Part shown: positions 58,267 through 64,000 of the stretch, piece after piece
Layout of the letters: every line of letters begins with the position of its first letter
How positions within the stretch are numbered: position 1 is the stretch's first letter
NCBI GenBank assembly: GCA_951406725.2
Contig: OX597823.1
Location: 100,316,001-100,380,000, forward strand
Direction: 5' to 3'
Origin: Octopus vulgaris
Lineage: Eukaryota
Length of the DNA: 64,000 nucleotides
Position numbers and translations under genes: made by a program
The notes under the pieces: model-generated
Told to the model about the DNA's origin: nothing
The model's input: only the letters and a program-made list of their open reading frames with translations
The model's database searches: none

Positions 58267-61200
58267 TACAGACATATATATATAAATGTCTTGAACATTT
58301 GGAGGTTGATACCAAGGAAAAGACTCAAAGGCTTATTTTATGGACAAACTTCTATGATTATATATACACATAATGTATATGTATAATGAAAATTGATGTA
58401 CTGCTACAAAAAGAAGAACTATATTTTATGGAATTAAAAACAAAAATTTCTCTTTTTTTTACCTTCTTTCAATGAAAGTAATTCACTTAAGATGATATGT
58501 TCAAAGAAAGGGCTGACAAAATTATAGAAAGTAAATCACTGAACTTTCATTTTAGCCAAAAAAAAAAGGTTTAAGTAAAAAATTGTAAACTGACAAATCT
58601 AATTGACAGAGATCAATGGTGACAGCAATAGTGAGGCATCACCAGAAGTGTTTGGGACTGTTAATTACACTGGTAATTCAAGTAGTTGGTAAGCACTCAG
58701 CCTTTCTATAGCAACATGTAGTAGACACTAAATAAGATGTGAATTACACTACAATTGTTATGTATCCTATATTGGTGAATTGTTGTGTTTCTTATTTTAT
58801 CATGGATCAGGTTAATTAACTTTTTTTTTAAATCACCTAGTTTTTGCATTAAAAAAATTAAATTAAATTAAATTTGCAAAATCCAATCTTAATATTAAAG
58901 GTTTGACAACAACAACAATGCAGAAGGAAGGGCACCGAGGTGAAAGCACCTCACATGATAGATGTCGATCAGGCACCAACGGCAGCAAGGCATTCCAGTA
59001 GCTAGAAAGGAAAGATACATTTAATTAGTACCCAGATTTTTTAAGTTGTACATCAGTTAGTGGCACTAGTGCCACAACACTGAAGGAGTAGCAGTACTGT
59101 CTACTTCATGCAGTCTTTTTAACAGCAGCATGTAAAACACAGCAGGTGATACACATTTGCAGTTGTCTCTTGAAACAGATTCTTAACTTCAAGTAGCTTT
59201 AATGATGGAGCCCTGATTAGTGTTCTATTTAGTAAATTGAGATAGAATTTTTTTTTTCCATTTTAGCTATAAAAGATTAGGCTTTTTTTTCTTCTCCTTC
59301 ACCAATGTTTTTAAGAACAGAACATCAACCAATAAAACAAATATTTTTGAGATATTCTGGAAGAAAATCTATTGATACTTTAAAAATGATTTATAACCAC
59401 AGATCCTTTTGAACTTTTTCATTAAGGCTCCATAAATATTCTCAGAAATCTAGAAAATTTCATAGAGCCATACAGAACCAAACAATTATCAATAAGATAC
59501 CTTAAAATATCCATCTAACAAATAGTGACCAAATTTGAATGTAAAACCTGAAATTTCCAAACAAGTCATCAGACCTGTCTATAATTAATATCCCCTATTA
59601 TCACCTTTCTTCATACCTTCCCCCCACCACCACCACTATGTCATTCAATATTGTTATCTGTCACTCTTTTTCTCAGCATCACCAGTCTTATATCTCTTTT
59701 ACAATACTTGCTCCTCTATCACTCCTAAAACTCCTTCCTCCTCCACAAGCTAAATTATTATTCTCTCTTCCTCATTCCCAATACTTCCCCATCATGCACC
59801 CACTTGCTCTGGTTCTCCCTGTATCATCACTCACTCTTCTATTCACTCCCTCAATCACATTTGGAGATATCTTAAAGTAAAAGCTCTGTACAGGGTTACC
59901 AGATTGGGCTAAGTAACATAATGCTACTTTTCTGGACTTCATGCTTCTATTATTTTTAATTTGGGTTACTAGCTCAAGTAAAATCATAATTTTGAAAGGT
60001 AAAAATCCAAATGAATATCATATTAAATTATCAAGTAAATTAGAACTGAACTGCAGACAATCTTTGTATATGCATGTATGTGTGAGTGTGTATGTTTGTG
60101 CGTATACCATTCAAACACATTCTAATTTACTAAAAAAATTTTCGTTTTGGAATACTTTCCAACATAATCTGCAACTATCTGGAGAAATTTGTTCTACATT
60201 TTATGTAATTAATCTGGCAACCCTGATTTTGCAGGAGACTTGATAATTATAACCAGTAAACTATGAGCAGTGGTTGGCAAATGAATGGACACAACACGTG
60301 GTTGAGAGGAAGCTTTGGTCTTTTTAAGGCCATGTTAACCTCTTTTGCATTGATGCCATGATAAAATGTACCAGGACATTCTGTAAAGTGGCTGGTACCC
60401 AAGAGAAGCCATGCCAAAATTGGAACATGTCTCAGATGTTAGTAATTCTAAATAAGAACTGACATGGACCAAGATAACAAACCCAATTGTTGAAGAGGTG
60501 GAGGAGGACAAAATTTACAAGTAAAGTAAAATATTTTTTTTACAACAGTGGATAGTAACAAGATTGAATTTTCATGATTGACATCAATCCCAAAATTGAA
60601 ACATCAAAGGATGTAATAATAAGACTAAACAGAGATGGATCACACTTCTCTAGAACTTTAAAAACCTGCTCAGCACTAACAAGAAATGTGATAAAATAAA
60701 TCTAAATGACAAACATATGAAAACAAGTTGTATGCACAAGTGTACAAATGAAATTAAATAGACATGCCAGTATTCAGCTTCCAACAAAGGAAGTTTTATT
60801 TACAGCTTTATTTTGAACGTGATAAGGAAAATACTAAAGAACACAAATGTATGAATTCTTGTAATTAAAGATAATTCTCTTTCTGCTTACAAATAAAATT
60901 ATCTAGAGATAGGGAAGTCAACAGGTATGACCCTAGTATTTTATTAACAAATAGGATTAACCGATGTAAGAACAAAAGCAAAATAAAATAAAAGCTAAGC
61001 GAAATGGAAAGTATCAAACCAGATACACGAAATGATACAGTCCAGTATCTTACCATTTCAACCAACTCATCTACTCTAATATTAAACATGATATTAAGTA
61101 GACTGCTGGATGGAGTTATAAACCCACTGGTCACAAAACACTTGCATTCTTCTAGCTTTCAAAGGATGCCACACACACTCACTAAGCAGGTAGGGGACAT

Positions 61201-61649
61201 ATTCCCCCGGAACAATATATGAGTGTGTTGCAGATGAGTGAAGTATTTCACTCGAGAACACAATGTACGGCTGGTCTGAGAATTGAAACTACAACCTCGC
61301 AACCATGAGTGAAACCACCAAGCCATGTGCCTTTACAATATTAATCATAATATAAGATAAAAAGGTACAAAGTCTAGTCTTGCAATGCCACAACATATTT
61401 AATATTAATGCATAAAGAGGAAAGAGAGGAATTGGAGCAAACAGCAAACATAATAAAATATCTACAAGTGCTGCTTATGTTTTCAATCATTAACGGCCTT
61501 TGATACGACTATAACTAACTTTGATATTATAACAGATGAAGAAAATTCAAAGAACTAATTAACAAGCCACAGACATAAAACATATCAATTTATACAAGGC
61601 AAAAGTTGACAGAGACTTCAAAGCACTGGCTTATTTGATATAACCAGGC

Positions 61650-62670
61650 ACTCACAAATGTGGAAGGAAGTAAATGACAACACCTTGAGAAGACCAATTA
61701 CTAATTCAAATACCTCTCTGCAACCGCAGAAAAACTTCATCAGAGCTTGCTGCAAATTTCAATGAAGCCTGCACATTAAAAATATCACCAACAACAGCAA
61801 AAAGAAGATTTCAAGAGCACAGTCTCAAAGACTGTTAAGCAAGGAAGAAACTTTGAATTTCTCAAGTGAGCCAAACATTTTTGGCTCCAGTGAGCCAAAA
61901 ATCATAAAAACTGGAATCTTACACAGTGGTCAAATGTCATCTGGTCAGATGAAAGCAATTATCAGGTTTATAAACTGAGCTATACTCGTTTTTTTTTTCT
62001 AATCCTGACTTGCAATGAATGATGTTCTAAAGGCGAAGTTTAAATCATTTTATCCAGATTTTCAATACACCTGGCACAACTTATGTGACGAGAAGAGTTG
62101 GAGAGACCTATAATCCTGATTGTGTGGTGCCAACAGTGAAGCACAGTGATGGTTCCGTCATGGTATAGGGATGTATGTTCTCAGCAAGGACAGGAAAGAT
62201 TTTTTGTGTGATGGAAGAATGAACTCCACAACCTACACTGCCATGCTGGATCAAGTTTTGGAGCCATTTACTCATCAATTGCTTCCAAATACACCTAAAA
62301 AGGAAGTATCATTCCAAGACAATGCACCTTACCATACTTCTCGCCAAACAAAAAAATTGGTTCCAAGAAGAAGGCTTTACTCCATTGGAGTTGTTATCCC
62401 TGACCTAAATCCTATTTAACATCTTTGGAAGGTGCTTAGGAAGGCAATTAGAAGCAGCACAATTATTTGAAACTAGAAGAGTATCACAACCTCATATTAT
62501 CCATGTCACGATGAATTAAGGCAGTCATAAAAGCCAAATCTGATACACTAAGTATCAGATTACTGAAAAATAAAATAAATCATTTTTATACTTTTATTGT
62601 CCTAATTTAACCATATACCTTAAACGTAATTAATTTTGATGGATGCTTTATACTTCTGGCCAAGGCAGTA
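61650..62670 (+). mobile_element. Decayed Tc1-like transposon
   Basis: WSNVIWSDESN, PTVKH.DGSVMV, GRMNS, FQDNAPYHT, PDLNPI.HLW. Confidence 0.8.
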
Positions 62671-63705
62671 TGTATATCACCATCATATATACACACACAC
62701 AAATTTTATATATGTGCACACACACACACACACATATATATATACATATGCACTTTAGCAGTGTAACCACATGTGCCATTGGCAAATGAAGAGCTATGCT
62801 CGAAACATCAAACTCTCTCCTTTCACCAAGTGTTGACCGTTTTTATTCATTTATTTGAATTGTTTGTTTATTTGGACTATATATATATATATATATAAAA
62901 CACCACCACACACACACATATATATATATATATACACACACACATATACATATATATACACACATATACATATCATCATTTAATATCTGTATTCCATGCT
63001 AGGATGGACTGGACAGTTTGATAGAAGCTGCCCAGGTGAAAGGCTGTTCAGGCTCCATGTCTGTTTTGGCATAGTTTCTACAGCTAGATGCCTTTCCTAA
63101 CACCAACCACTTAACAGGGTGTGGACTGGGTGCTTTTATGCAGCACTGGTACATGTGCTTTTTACATGGCACCAGCATTTACAAGCCCACAAGATTAAGG
63201 ATGCTCCACTAGAAGAGAGTTGCAAGGGATGAGACTGTATATATACATACATATATACCTACGCATACATACATACATACATACATATATATATATACAC
63301 ACACACACACACATACATTGAAGACAACGTACGAGCGTTCAGCTTTTGCCAAACAACCAGCACAAATTATTTATTTTTTAGTGACCAAATGTTCGTGCCA
63401 CACATTAGCTCACTCCCTCCATCAAATCAAGGTGGCCTGAACACAAGCACAGGTGTACCACACGCCAGGTGGCATAGTGATCACATTATGAGAGTGTTTT
63501 GCTCAAGAACACAATGCACCCCAGTCTAGGAACTGAAATCACAATCTAGCAATCATGAGTGCAACACCCTAACCACAAAGCCATACACCCTTACGTATAT
63601 ACATACACGAATACATATATATACATACATACATATGTACATCCGCATGTGTGTATGTATGTGTATATATACAAATATTTATGTGTGCGTGTGTGTATGT
63701 GTGTG

Positions 63706-63739
<34 letters not shown>

Positions 63740-63742
<3 letters not shown>

Positions 63743-64000
63743 AGCCCATTTAAGAGTACCCTTCAATCACTGGACCATAAACTGTGCTTGAGAAGACCCG
63801 TTGAATCAAGTGAAATCATTGTCATGGCCAGTACTGCCTGACTGGCACATAAAAAGCACCCACTACACTGTTGGAGTGGTTGGTGTCAGGAAGGGCATCC
63901 ACCTGTAGAAACCTTGCCTGATCAGATTGAAGCCTGGTGCAGCTTTCTGGCTTACCAGTCCTCAGTCAAACCCTCCAACCCATGCCAACATGGAAAGTGG
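63740..64000 (+). mobile_element. RTE-type LINE 3' UTR fragment
   Basis: aaaaagcacccactacac...ggaagggcatcc...ccaacccatgcc. Confidence 0.7.

Overview
AT-rich, repeat-dense animal genomic DNA. The SINE/LINE/MITE set looks octopus-like, which is an inference. The right half (32.7-54.1 kb, minus strand) holds 17 coding exons of the U2 snRNP gene SF3B1. They splice GT-AG into one open frame of 1226 codons including the stop. The first exons lie beyond the window, upstream of an intron of more than 9.8 kb at the position of human intron 4. The left half is a transposon nest: RTE, CR1, Tx1-like and Hero-like LINEs, tRNA-SINEs, hAT remnants and GG-ended MITEs with 8-bp target-site duplications (TSDs; Merlin-like). 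Tc1/mariner and Helitron remnants sit in the SF3B1 introns. Main leads: (1) a young, near-intact CR1 whose AUG-less ORF2 is joined to ORF1 by a canonical G GGA AAC -1 slippery heptamer, sitting inside a TSD-flanked foldback element; (2) branch-point-rich candidate poison/decoy exons in SF3B1 intron 4, suggesting autoregulation; (3) unusual substitutions beside the SF3B1 branch-adenosine pocket; (4) a perfect 90-bp inverted duplication of unexplained sequence.
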